Below, piece by piece: positions 44,385 through 56,800 of a stretch of 64,000 bases of DNA. Source of the stretch: Cyanophora paradoxa CCMP329 (Eukaryota; Plantae; Glaucophyta); contig QPMI01000530.1 in NCBI GenBank assembly GCA_004431415.1, forward strand, positions 62,001 to 126,000. Reading direction: 5' to 3'. The first letter of the stretch is position 1, and every line of letters begins with the position of its first letter. The translations under genes and the position numbers were made by a program. The notes under the pieces are model-generated. The model made no database searches. It had not been told where the DNA came from and was given only the letters and a program-made list of their open reading frames with translations.

Positions 44385-44902
44385 GGCCACCGCGAACGCG
44401 TACGGCGGTGAAACGCGTTGTTCCTCGATCGCTCGACTTTCGAAAGCGCTTAGGCGTTCGCTCTTGCGATCGGCCGAACCTCGGCCGCGCGCTTCAATGA
44501 TCGGGGCTCCCGCCGGCGCCGTGCGATGGCCTGGGACGAACGCGTACGATTTCCGTGCGACGAACTGCTCGCCGACTCGGTGACTCGGCCGTGCGTCGAT
44601 CGGCCCTCGCTTCGAAAGCCTGCGATCCGGCTGCAGTCTCCAAGGCTCCGACTTAAGCTTCGACACGCTTCGACACGCTAGAGCAGCAAGTTAAGCTTCA
44701 CGCCGCCTCGCGTCGCCTCGCGTCGCGCCTTCACGCAGGCTGCGGCTTTAGCTCCGCCGGCGCGTGTCCGGCGAACTCCAGGAAAGGACGTGTTCTGCCT
44801 TCCTTCACTGTTGCGAACGAAGTGGAAACTTTCTACCCGCCCCTCAGGCTCCCGGCTCTCAGGACAAGCCAGATGGAGCGTCGGGCGCACCGGAGCTAAG
44901 AC
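44385..44902. promoter_or_regulatory. Probable bidirectional promoter between the C2 gene and the kinase gene
   Basis: ~520 bp separate two divergent inferred ATGs; inferred from gene geometry only. Confidence 0.45.
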
Positions 44903-47900
44903 ATGCATAGCAGCGATCCGTTTGCGACGGCCGGCTCGCTCCCCTCGTCGTCTGACGCAAGCGGGCCCAGCTTGAGCCTGCGATCGGCGGCGAGCGGTCC
45001 TTCCGAGCCTACCAGCACGCCGGAGCGCCCAGCACGGCTGAGCATCGCTGCGCTCGGTACGCCGGAGCCGCTCGCTTATCCGCACAATTTGAAATCCAAC
45101 CGCTCCCTGCAGGCGATGGCGACGCGGATGGCACGATCCCGCTGCAGGACCTCAAGCTCGGGAAGCGTGCGCCTCCCGCGTGCCCCGTCGCCGCCGCCGC
45201 GCCGAGCGAGCGCGGCGCGCAGTCATCGGCCGCGGTTCGTTCGCTACGGTGCGGGAGGCGCGCTGGCACGGCAGCCGCGTGGCCGCCAAGTGCATCGTGC
45301 TGCCTCCCGAGTGGACGAACGGGCTGGCGACGTCCGAGGGCCAGGAGCGTACTGTCAAGCGGCTTCACAGGGAGATCCGAGTCCTGAGGCGCGCCCCGCG
45401 CCCCACGCCCCGCGCCCCACGCCCCGCGACGTGCCGAGCGAGTTGTGCAGGTCGCTGAACCACCCGAGCGTCGTGCGCTTCTTCGGTGTCGCCTGGAGCG
45501 ACGGGGCTAGCGGCGAGGACGGCGGCGGGGGCGCCCCGAGCGACGATTCGTTTCCCGAGGCGCCGTGCGCCCACATCGTGACCGAGCTGGCCGAAGAGGT
45601 TAGCCCCAGGTGAAAGTCGATACGCGGATCAAATTTGAACGGGCGGCGCGCAGGGGACGCTGGCGGACCTGCTGGCTCGCGAGCGGCGGGGGCTACCCCC
45701 CGCCCGGGCCCTCTCCCTGGCCGAGCAGCTCCTCGCGGGGGTAGCCTACACCCACGCCCGCCAGGTCGTCCACAGGGACATCAAACCCGCGAACCTTCTG
45801 GTGCCGTACCCCCCTGGGGCTTTCCCCCCCCCTCTCCCCACGCCTAGTTCAACCCCCCCGCAGCTCTTTCCCGGGGAGCGCCTGAAGCTCACCGACTTCG
45901 GATTCTCGATGTTCCGCGAGGCAAGAACGCCGTACCCCAGAATCTCGCCCGTCTTTTGACCCCCCCCCCCCTCCCCACCCCCCCGCCCCCGCAGGCGGCT
46001 GGCCTCTCCGCGACCATGTCGCTCGGTACCCCCGCCTACGCCGCCCCCGAGATGCTAGAGTGCAGCCCGTGCGCGCTCCGCTCCTTCGCTTTTTTCTGCG
46101 CACCATCAGAACCGCGTACCCCTCCAGGCCCGATTTCCCGAACGACGTGTATGGTGCCGCTATCGTCGTGAACGAACTGTTCTCGGGAGAGCAGCCGTAC
46201 CCCTCCCTGCGACCCTTCCAGGTACCCCTCCTACACAGCGTACCCCCCTCCCTCCCCTCCGCTGAGCGGGCCTGCCTCAGATCACGTACCAAGTGACGTG
46301 CAAGGGCGGCCGGCCTCGCCTGTCCGAGGCCGCGCCCCCTCCCCTCCGCGCCCTCATCCAGCGCATGTGGGCCCAGGTAGCGTCGTACCCCTCCGCCGCG
46401 TTTCTTTCCGTACCCCCAACGGCCCCGCAGGACCCGGCGCAGCGCCCGACCGCGGCAGAGGCTCTCGCGTCCCTCTCGGACATCCTCGTGCGCGTACCCC
46501 CCCGGATGCTTACCGTACCCCTGAGGCGCACGCAGGAGCCGCTCCGTTCGCCGGCGGCCTCGCTTGCCAGCCCCGGGGCCCCGCGCTCCCCGGCCCGCCG
46601 GCCCGCGGCCACACCCCCGGCCACCCCGCCGCACCGCGCCGCGCCGCGCCGCCCCTCCGCGCCGGCCCCCGAGCGCCGAGGCCCGCCCCCGAGCCGCAGC
46701 CTCCGGCGCCGCCCGCGCCATCCGCCGCCGCCGCCTCTCACACATCCGACGAGTCCAGCGGCGGCTCGGGCCTCGCCCCGTCCAATCCTGCCGTCCCCGG
46801 CTCCGGCCCCGCCCGGCTCCCGCCCCAGCCCCGGCCCCGGCCCTCGCCCCGCCTCCTCCGTTGCTTCCTCTGCCCCCGGCAGCCGCCTCCGCTCGCGGCG
46901 GCCCCCCGCCGTCGACATCCGTACCCCCCGCGTCCGCCACTCCGCAGCGAACCCCTCCCCCTCCCCCACAGGCGACGGTACCCCCATGCCGATCTCCGCC
47001 TCCTCGTCCGCTACCCCCACCCCCTCGGAATCCGTACCCGTCCTCGCCCCGGCCCCCCACCGCCCCCCCGAGCGCTCCCCCGAATCCTCCCGCTCCCCCC
47101 CAACCTCCCGATCCCCCGTACCCCCCGACTTCCCCTTCCGCCCCCCGACGCCGGCTGATCCCTCCGCCCCCGCCGGCGCCTCTTCCGTCGCTTCCTCCCG
47201 CCTCCGGTCCCGCCGGCCCCCCTCCCGCACCGGCCTTACCCCGACCGCGCCCGCACCCGTACCCCCCTCCAACGAGGACCACGAGGAGGTGGAGTACTCC
47301 GCGGAGGCCTCGGGGGGTACCGGAAAGGTCCTGGAGGGGTTCGCGGCCCGGGCGGGCGCGGGAGGCAACGGCTCCGGTTCGAATCGGCGCGAGCGAGTTC
47401 GGCGGCGGGCGTCCCGCCCATCGGCGTCCGGTAGCCCCCCGCGCTCCCCCCGGGGGGATACCCCGCCCGCGCCCGGCCCGGAGAAGACCTCGTCGTACCC
47501 CTCCGGCTCCGAGTCGGGCGGCCCCTCGGAATCCTCCCAGCGTTCCATACCCCCCCGCTCCCCTCCCCCGCCAGTCTCCGTCTCGGCCTCCGATACCGGT
47601 GCGCGCGGACGTGTACCCCCTCTAACCCCCGGCTAACTCTGTACCCAGTTTCGAGCCACGGGAGCTCGTCGGGCATTCTGAGCACGGCCGCCGCCGCCGC
47701 CCTCGGCATCGCCGTACCCTCCCGATCGTGCGCCGGTCCCGTAACCCCTTTCCGCTTTGGTCTATGTAACGTTGGTACCCCAGGGGCGACGCCGCCTTGT
47801 CCCCCTCCCCGGCGGCCCGCTCGCCCTCCCTCCGGCGCCCCTCGCCCTTCCGGCGCGCCTCCAGCGGGGGCCACGCCGACCTGCCTCCCCGTACCCCCTC

Positions 47901-49744
47901 CCCTCGCCCCGCCCCTTCGTACGATCCCGCCCCGGCGTACCCCGCTGGGGCCGTCCTGGTCGCCGTTCCCTTCTCCTCCGGCAAGCACAAGCTCCTACGG
48001 ATCGACGCCGGGCCCATCCGGGTACGCCTTTCGGTTTTCCATTTACCCCCCGACCCCGAAACGAACGGGCGGCGCAGGGCCGCCCCATTTCGGCGCTGCG
48101 ATCGCTCGTGGGCGCCGCCGCCAACCGCGCGGGGGGCGGCCTCCCGTGGGCCGTCGCGGACAGCGCCATGTGGTGGTGCCGTACCCCCCTCCCTCCCTCT
48201 CCGAAATCCTTCCCGAGCCAGTACCCCCCTTGATTCTTCCCCCAGGGTACCCGCCTTCTACGAGCCGCTGTCGCTCTTCCTCAACGGCGTACCCCTCACG
48301 GATCGTGACGTCCTCACCGACGACCTCGTCCCGTGCGTACCCCCCTTTCTTTCTCGCTCCCTTCCCCCCCTGCACTTTCTCAACGTTGGGGGGTACCGGC
48401 GCAGGCCCTTCGCGACCCTCTCGGTCGTCTGCCCCACGAAGATGGTACCCCGGAGGTCGCTCAGGTCCGCTAGACGTACCCCCGAAGGGATATTGCGGGT
48501 CTTAGGGCAGGCTGGGCTTCCCCTTTCGCTCTTCTTTCTCAGTTAGTCGCTTATTTCAAGCTAGAGGGACCTGCAAGTGCCCTCCGCTGCTAGCGCCTTC
48601 TGCTGGCGTTCTCCCTGCTGACTTCTTTGCGCCCCCCCAGCATCTCGGTCTGGCGCGGGCCCGCGAACTGTTCGTAGCACCGCCCAGCACGCGCCCCGTC
48701 GCGCCGCGGCGCGCATGACGGTGTACCCCCCGCAGGCAAGAAGCTTCACGTGGCCTTCCACCCCACCCGAAGCGTTTTCGAGCTCCGTCGGGAGCTGTAC
48801 CAGGCGATCGGCATCCGGCCCGGTACCCCCTTTCCCTCCCCCCCTCCTCATGGCCCTACTTTTTACCGCGTACCCCCCAGACGAGCTCGAGGTCGAGACC
48901 GATACGGGCGTACCCCTCAACGATTCCTCCCGGACCCTCGCCGAGTTCGTACCCCTCCTGAGCGTCCGCTCTGCTTTGACGTGGTACCCCAGCTACGGAC
49001 TCTCCGCCGTTTCCGAGCTTCACGTACGCCTCCCATTCCCCACCCTGCGCTCCGGGTACCGATTTTCTTCCGACCTCTCGCGGTCCTCGCCGCTTACCCG
49101 TACCCCCCCCGCAGCTACGGGGGCTGGCCCGTCATCGCGGCGGTATCCCCCGAGCACGGCGAGCAGGCTCGGCCCGACGCTCTCGTCTCCGTGCGTCCAG
49201 TACCCCCCTTTCCTCTGCCCTCCTCATTCTTTCCTGTACCCCCCAGGTCCGCCTGGCGCGGAGCGTGGAGGGCCGCGAGGCGCCCGCGCCCGCCGCCGTA
49301 GACGCTGCCGCGGCCATCTGGGTACCCCGTCCCGCTTTCCTCCCCCGCTCCCTCTCTGATCTATGTACCCCGAAGGTCGAGGACGACGCGACGGGGCAGA
49401 GGGTACAGGGAACCGCGTCGTACGACGCACAGACGCGGGAGCTCGCGTTCCAGGTCCGCGTACCCCTTAGGTCCCACACCCCCCACGCCTCATCGGGCCC
49501 GGGGTACGCAGGCCGGGCGGCCGTACGAGCGGGGCAGGCGGTACCGGGTGATGCTGAACCCCGACGCCGTCCGCGGGCCGTGCGCCCCGTACCCCGCCCC
49601 GCCCCCCTCTCTTTCTTTACCCATTTTACCTACCCCGACCGTACCCCGTACCTTCCTTTATCCAGTTTACCTTTGTCCTATCCCCACAGTCCCCCTTGTC
49701 CAGCGCTTCTCTCTGCGCCTCTGAACGAGAGCTGACCACGCCCC

Positions 49745-49792
<48 letters not shown>

Positions 49793-50286
49793 CAGGGACG
49801 GCGCCCCTTTGCGGGTGGGGCCCCAGGACCAGGGGCGCGCGTTCCTCGTGGGTACAGAGTTCCCCGCCCTCCTCGACGTCCGCGACGCCGTATCCCCCGA
49901 CTCCGAGGCGCGCCGTACCCCCCTCCCTCTTTCTTTCTCCCCCCCCCCCCCCCCCCCCTGTCTTACGGCCTCGGCAGCCGCGGCGGGTCGTGCTGATGCG
50001 CTCGGGGCCGGGCGGGCCCCTCGCGGAGCTGTGCAGGAACCTCCTCGCCCAGTTCGGGCCCCTCGCCGCCGCCGTCGAGTCCATAGGCGTCGTCGTCCGG
50101 CGGCGCCGGGCCTCGCAGCCGTCCCACCACAGCCACAGCCACCACCACCACGCCCTCCACCACGCCCCTTCGCCGCTCGCGGTCGCCCCCGTGGCCAGCG
50201 ATGCGGATGTGTGGCGCCTGTCCGACGGCGACGAGCTGCTCGTCGGGTTCGCCTCGGGATCCGCGGGGCGCCGCCTCGTCCTGTAG
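44903..50286 (+). CDS. TKL-type Ser/Thr protein kinase with Pro/Ser linker, two ubiquitin-like domains, a Big_5/SbsA-like Ig domain and a C-terminal KHA-like domain
   Basis: Spliced kinase motifs: [92 protein letters not shown]: [49 protein letters not shown]. Ig: [46 protein letters not shown]. Tail: [13 protein letters not shown]...[13 protein letters not shown]. Stop TAG at 50284-50286. Confidence 0.85.
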
Positions 50287-50790
50287 CGGGCCCAGAGGCG
50301 CCGCCGACCCCGATCCTACTAGTTAGCGGAAAGTTTATATAAATGAAAGCAGCTTCGTTTAGATGCCCGCGGGCTTTGGCCCTCGAGCGATGGATCAATC
50401 ATGATCAGTACTTTCATTTTCACAAATCAACGACACGATTACATATCGAACGGTGAGGTTGCAATTGGGCGAGCTGTATGTATTCTCGAGTTTATAATTA
50501 ATGTCAAGCAGTGCGCGTGCGGGCGCGGAGGAAGAGAGCGGCAAGGGACAGCGTGGCCGCGGTGAAGGCCGGGGGAAGAAGGGCGCGGCGGGCCCCGGCC
50601 TCGCCGACCGAGTCGCCCTGCCCCGCATGCGCAGACAGCTGCAGAAGGATCGACGATATCAGATCTAGAGCAGGCGCCGGCGAGCTTATTCTATACGATC
50701 GGGATCGATATCGGACCTGGGGGCGGGAGTCCGCGGGCGGCCGGGCGATATGAGCCTGCAGGGACGCCTGCAGCGCCTGCAGGGACGCCT
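46262..50790 (+). repeat. Segmental duplication, copy 1 (3' half of kinase + 3' end of beta-helix gene)
   Basis: Collinear high identity with 53815-58315, starting at the acceptor before ATCACGTACCAAGTGACG and ending near gcagggacgcctgcagcgcc. Confidence 0.92.
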
Positions 50791-53081
50791 GCAGCGCCTG
50801 CACGCACGCGACGCCTTGTCGGGACCGATCGCGAGGCGGGGGCGAGGGCGGGGGGTGGGACCGGTGGGGGGGGGGGGGGAATCTCCGTGCGCACGGCGCA
50901 CCTGGTTCTGCGCCTGGAGCTCGGAGACCATTCCCGTCAGCCTCGCCGCCTTCTCCTCCAGAACCTGATCCGATGATCGTGAGGCCGGGCCGGCGGGGGG
51001 GACAAGAGGGACGCACGGCGTTCTTCCCCTCCAGATCCGCGATTCTCTCCTCGTGTTTCGCCACTCTCTGCTCCAAGGCCTGCAGCCATACGCATCCGAA
51101 TTCGGACTGTGAGCTCAGAGGACTACAAATTAAGTTTAAATTCGGATGGAAAGGAGCCAGTGCACCCGGGTTTCGTTGTTCTGCAGACCGTCGGACGGCC
51201 GCGGTACGATGGCAATCATGATCCGATGATCAGCAAATTATTCTAAAGAACATAGATGGGCCCCTTCAGAAATTATCTACCCCGCGACGCACTCCGGAGG
51301 CGGCTACGGGGCGGATTCGGTTCTCCGCCTGGCGCCGCAGAAGGGCGGCCCGCTCGTCCGGCCCCAGGTTGCAGAAGGGTCCCGTCCGGATGGGCATGTC
51401 CTCCGGCTTCTTCTTAGGGTCGCGCTGCTCGAAATGTAAATAGAATTAAATATAAGTTGAAGAAGTACAGAAGTCAAAAAGCCAAAGAGGTAATTTATTT
51501 GATTTGAACCTCGTTGTACAAGTTCGTCCAGTAGCACCCGCACTGAAATTCGAATGCCGCGACTTCCTCAATGCAGGGTTTGTCTGGGACTTCTTTCTCA
51601 GAAGTGCACTCACAGACAGATTCCTCGCTATATCCGGAATAGCACTGAACAATTTCGAGCGATCCGGGCGTTGTCAACGCTTCGAGGTTCTTCTTGCTCA
51701 CGTATTTGAAGTTTAACCTGTGTAAGTGAACATAAGCACTACTGACGAACACATGACCATGCATATATATGGCTCCATCTACATAATACTCGGCTTCTTA
51801 ACTTAGTAAATCAAATCGAGCTCACATATGAGCTCGAGCGACCAATCCGCCTCGCGCAAAAAAGCAATCTGAGAACTGGCGAAGATTTGGTTTATATATA
51901 TGTCAAAATTTGAAACAAGTACTAGTGATGTCGCGATTCGCGCATATGCTGTGGGCAATTGCAATCGATATCTCAAACCTTGGCTTGTGTGTCGGCATTT
52001 AGCTCCAAGAAGGACTTAGAAAACAGAACGTGAACATTTGAGAACTGCGGTAGCAGGATTTTAAAAGGCGATGTCAAAGTTGAGCAAGAATTATTCACAC
52101 GCGCCTGCACGATCGCGAGACCTAGGGCATACGAAGGATTTTCGAGCCCGGGGATGGCGAAAGCTGGTGTCGAAACATGATGGAAGCGTATCCGATGCAT
52201 TGGACAAATCAATTCAACTGCGGGATCGTCTGAGACTGAGCGGAATTGTACTGCAAGGACCTGAGCGGACCTCCTGATTCAAAGCTGCAGTGCTCGAGAA
52301 CGAAGTCCGCTTTGCAATTGGGAGACTTGTGGGCAAGGAGGTCGCCGCCCTCGACGATGCACTCTTGTACGGCGATCGACCCGCCCGGCCCCCAGCCGGA
52401 AATCTCGATGCCGCCCCCGCGAACCTCGATGCCGCGGATGAGCAGATCGTGGCGCCCGCCCTCCAGCGCCTCGATGCTCAAGATGGTGACTTTCTGCGTA
52501 GAGATCGAGGGCGTGGAAGCGGTGCCACCCCTGGGCCTACCCGCCCTGTAGCTGGCGCTTGCAAGGGCCTGGTCAAACTGCGCCTTGAGGGCCTGCTGCA
52601 GCTTGCTCTGCCGGTCGCGTTCCTCGTCTTCCTTGCTCGGCAGCAGCGTCACGCCGGGGCCGTCCGCCACAATGGCTAGATCCCCCGAGCACTTGATTCG
52701 AAGCGGGCGATCCTCGGCGTAGGTTCCTGCCCGTGTCCGGCCGCGGACGCGAATTCGAAGTGAATTGGTGCACACATATGCATGCATATGCATATGCGTG
52801 CGGCGCGGGCCGCGGCTAAGCGCACCGGGGCGAACGACGACAGTGCCCGTACCGCCGATCGCCGCAACGGCCTCGCCGATGAGGCGAAAGGTCGACGGGC
52901 CGCGGCCGGCGGACTCAGGTCGGAAGTCGACGTACACGACGGGCTGGGGCCAGCCCGCGGCCGACAGCGACGCGTCATCAACCACGGGATGCGTGATCGG
53001 CAGCCTGGTGAGAGGCGTCTGCGCATGCCACGCCAGTGTTGAATCGTCCGCGTCAGCCGCTGTACATGTAGATGTGTTCAT
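50504..53081 (-). CDS. Right-handed beta-helix (pectin-lyase-fold-like) protein with Cys-rich segment, coiled coil and C-terminal hydrophobic/basic tail
   Basis: VVYVD....TFRLIGEAVAAIGGTGTVVVRPG|TYAE..LRI...LAIVADG is the typical beta-helix N-cap; LLIRGIEVRGGGIEI..IAVQECIVEG repeats; LEQRVAKHEERIADLEGKN/ALQASLQALQASLQ coiled coil; ..AATLSLAALFLRARTRTA*. Joining the 3' exons is inferred. Confidence 0.6.
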
Positions 53082-53281
53082 GTCGATTGATGGCGCGAAT
53101 GCGCTGCGGCTGATCAGATGGTTTCGTCCCGAGCAACTAGCGCTGGAGCGGCGAGGGGATCTAGATCTGGAGCTGGCGGCTCGGAGAGCGGCAGTTACTT
53201 TTGAGCCTCGTACCCCCGCGCCTCGTGGCAGCGACGTGGCTGCACGCCAAATGGGCGAGAGACAGCGCCGCCCGCGAGCAC

Positions 53282-53335
53282 AAATTAAAGCCGCCTGCAC
53301 CGGCGCCGAAATTAAAGCCGCCTGCACCGGCGCCG
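53282..53335. repeat. 27-bp perfect tandem duplication
   Basis: aaattaaagccgcctgcaccggcgccg x2. Confidence 0.9.
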
Positions 53336-53814
53336 GCGCCTGCAGTGAGCCTTGCCGCGGTGCGGCGCCCGCGCCGGGAGCGTCGGAGCTCCCGTACGCA
53401 ATACAGAGTATGACGAAGGCGCCGCAGATCGTGGAACGGTCTCGCTTGTCGCCCCGGCCCGCCTGCCGCCGCTCCCGCTGCCACCCGCTCACGCGAGACG
53501 TGCACTCGCCTTTCGCTCTTTGGACAGGACAGGACCGGCACGGTGCACGTGGCACCGCCCACCGCCTCGGCGCTGCCTCTCTCTCTCCGCGGCGCGGCCT
53601 CTGCAGGCCCAGTTACAGGTGGCGCGCGCCTCTGCATCGCTGCGGCGCGCATATCCGCAGCCGACGACGCAGCGATGCGCGGAACTCTGGGACCGGAGCG
53701 CGCGCAGAGCCTCCGCCACGAGCTCTGTGCCCGCCACGCCGCCTCCTGGCCGGCCCCGCCGCCTCCCGGTTGCCCCCGCCGCCCGTTAGCGCTCCTCTCG
53801 CCCGGCCCGCCTGT

Positions 53815-56800
53815 ATTTTTGGCCTGCCCCAGATCACGTACCAAGTGACGTGCAAGGGCGGCCGGCCTCGCCTGGCAGAGACCGCGCCCCCTCCCCTCCG
53901 CGCCCTCGTCCAGCGCATGTGGGCCCAGGTAGCGTCGTACCCCTCCGCCCCGTTTCTTTCCGTACCCCCCAACGCCCTCGCAGGACCCCGCGCAGCGCCC
54001 GACCGCGGCAGAGGCTCTGGCGTCCCTCTCCGACATCCTCGTGCGCGTACCCCCCCGGATGATTACCGTACCCCTGAGGCGCACGCAGGAGCCGCTCCGT
54101 TCGCCGGCGGCCTCGCTTGCCAGCCCCGGGGCCCCGCGCTCCCCGGCCCGCCGGCCCGCCGCCACGCCCCCGGCCACCCCGCCGCACCGCGCCGCGCCGC
54201 GCCGCCCCTCCGCGCCCGCCCCGGAGCGCCCGAGGCCCGCCCCCGACGCGCAGCCTCCGGCGCCGCCCGCGCCATCCGCCGCCGCCGCGTCTCACACGTC
54301 CGACGAGTCCAGCGGCGGCTCGGGCCTCGCCCCGTCCAATCCAGCCGTCCCCGGGCCCGGCCCCGCCCCGGCTGCCGCCCCAGCCCCGGCCCCGGCCCTC
54401 GCCCCCGCCTCCTCCGTCGCTTCGTCTGTCTCCGGCAGCCGCCTCCGGTCGCGACGGCCCCCCGCCGTCGACATCCGTACCCCCCGCGTCCGCCACTCCG
54501 CAGCGAACCCCTCCCCCTCCCCCACGGGCGACGGTACCCCCATGCCGATCTCCGCCTCCTCGTCCGCTACCCCCACCCCCTCGGAATCCGTACCCGTCCT
54601 CGCACCGGCCCCCCACCGCCCCCCCGAGCGCTCTCCTGAATCTTCTCGCTCTCCCCCAACCTCCCGATCCCCCGTACCCCCCGACTTCCCCTTCCGCCCC
54701 CCGACGCCGGCTGATCCCTCCGCCCCCGCCGGCGCCTCTTCCGTCGCTTCCTCCCGCCTCCGGTCCCGCCGGCCCCCCTCCCGCACCGGCCTTACCCCGA
54801 CCGCGCCCGCACCCGTACCCCCCTCCAACGAAGACCACGAGGAGGTGGAGTACTCCGCGGAGGCCTCGGGGGGTACCGGAAAGGTCCTGGAGGGGTTCGC
54901 GGCCCGGGCGGGCGCGGGAGGCAACGGCTCCGGTTCGAATCGGCGCGAGCGAGTTCGGCGGCGGGCGTCCCGCCCCTCGGCGTCCGGTAGCCCCCCGCGC
55001 TCCCCCCGGGGGGATACCCCGCCCGCGCCCGGCCCGGAGAAGACCTCGTCGTACCACTCCGGCTCCGAGTCGGGCGGCCCCTCGGAATCCTCCCAGCGTT
55101 CCATACCCCCCCGCTCCCCTCCCCCGCCAGTCTCCGTCTCGGTCTCCGATACCGGTGCGCGCGGACGTGCACCCCCTCTACCCCTCTGCTAACTCTGTAC
55201 CCCCCGCCAGTTTCGAGCCACGGGAGCTCGTCGGGCATTCTGAGCACGGCCGCAGCCGCCGCCCTCGGCATCGCCGTACCCTCCCGATCGTGCGCCGGCC
55301 CCGTACCCCCCTTCCGCTTTGGCCCAAGTAACGCTGGTACCCCAGGGGCGACGCGGCCTTGTCCCCCTCCCCGGCGGCCCGCTCGCCCTCCCTCCGGCGC
55401 CCCTCGCCCTTCCGGCGCGCCTCCAGCGGGGGCCACGCCGCCTCGCCCGGGGCCGACCTGCCTCCCCGTACCCCCTCCCCCCGCCCCGCCCCCTCGTACG
55501 ATCCAGCCCCGGCGTACCCCGCTGGGGCCGTCCTGGTCGCCGTACCCTTCTCCTCCGGCAAGCACAAGCTCCTACGGATCGACGCCGGGCCCATCCGCGT
55601 ACGCCTTTCGGCTACCCACGTACCCCCCGACCCCGAAACGAACGGGCGGCGCAGGGCCGCCCCGTTTCGGCGCTGCGGTCGCTCGTGGGCGCCGCCGCCA
55701 ACCGCGCGGGGGGCGGCCTCCCCTGGGCCGTCGCGGACAGCGCCATGTGGTGGTGCCGTACCCCCCTTTCCCCCCTCCGAAACCTTCCCGAGCCAGTACC
55801 CCCCTTGATTCTTCCCCCCAGGGTCCCCGCCTTCTACGAGCCCCTGTCGCTCTTCCTCAACGGCGTACCCCTCGCGGACCGTGACGTCCTCACCGACGAC
55901 CTCGTCCCGTTCGTACCCCCCCTCCACCCCCTCCCCCACTTTCTCAACGTTGGGGGGTACCGGCGCAGGCCCTTCGCGACCCTCTCGGTCGTCTGCCCCA
56001 CGAAGATGGTACCCCGGAGGTCGCTCAGGTCCGCTAGACGTACCCCCGAAGGGATATCGCGGGTCTTAGGGCAGGCTCCGCTTCCCCTTTCGCTCTTCTT
56101 TCTCAGTTAGTCGCTTATTTCAAGCTAGAAGGAGCCGCCTAGCGCTCTCCGCTGCTGCCCCCTTCCGCTACCCCCGCAGTGCCCCGCGGGGTACCCCCTG
56201 CGCGCTCTCCCGGCTGACTTGTTTGCGCCCCCCAGCGTCTCGGTCTGGCGCGGGCCCGCGAACTGTTCGTAGCTCCGCCCAGCACGCGCCCCGTCGCGCC
56301 GCGGCGCGCCTGACGGTGTACCCCCCGCAGGCAAGAAGCTTCACGTTGCATTCCCCCCCACCCGCAGCGTTTTCGAGCTCCGTCGGGAGCTGTACCAGGC
56401 AATCGGCATCCGGCCCGGTACCCCCTTTCCCTCTCCCCCTAATTGCCCTAATGTTTAACGAGTACCCCCAGACGAACTCGAGGTCGAGACCGATACGGGC
56501 GTACCCCTCAACGATTCCTCCCGGACCCTCGCCGAGTTCGCTCCGCCCCCCCTCCTTCCCTAGGGTGCGCTCTGCTTTGACGTCGTACCCCAGCTACGGA
56601 CTCTCCGCCGTGTCCGAGCTTCACGTACGCCTCCCATTCCCCACCCTGCGCTCCGGGTACCCATTTTCTTCCGACCTCTCGCGGTCCTCGCGATCGCCGC
56701 TAACCCGCACCCCCCCGCAGCTACGGGGGCTGGCCCGTCATCGCGGCGGTATCCCCCGAGCACGGCGAGCAGGCCCGGCCCGACGCCCTCGTCTCCGTGC

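Noticed and set aside
52765-54639. 624-aa plus-strand ORF as a single CDS
   Set aside because: It overlaps the beta-helix gene antisense and runs through introns into the wrong frame after ~53927. Only the ITYQ..WAQ exon is supported.
45849-55939. Long minus-strand Gly/Arg-rich ORFs opposite the kinase and its copy
   Set aside because: Antisense shadows of the C-rich Pro/Ser linker.
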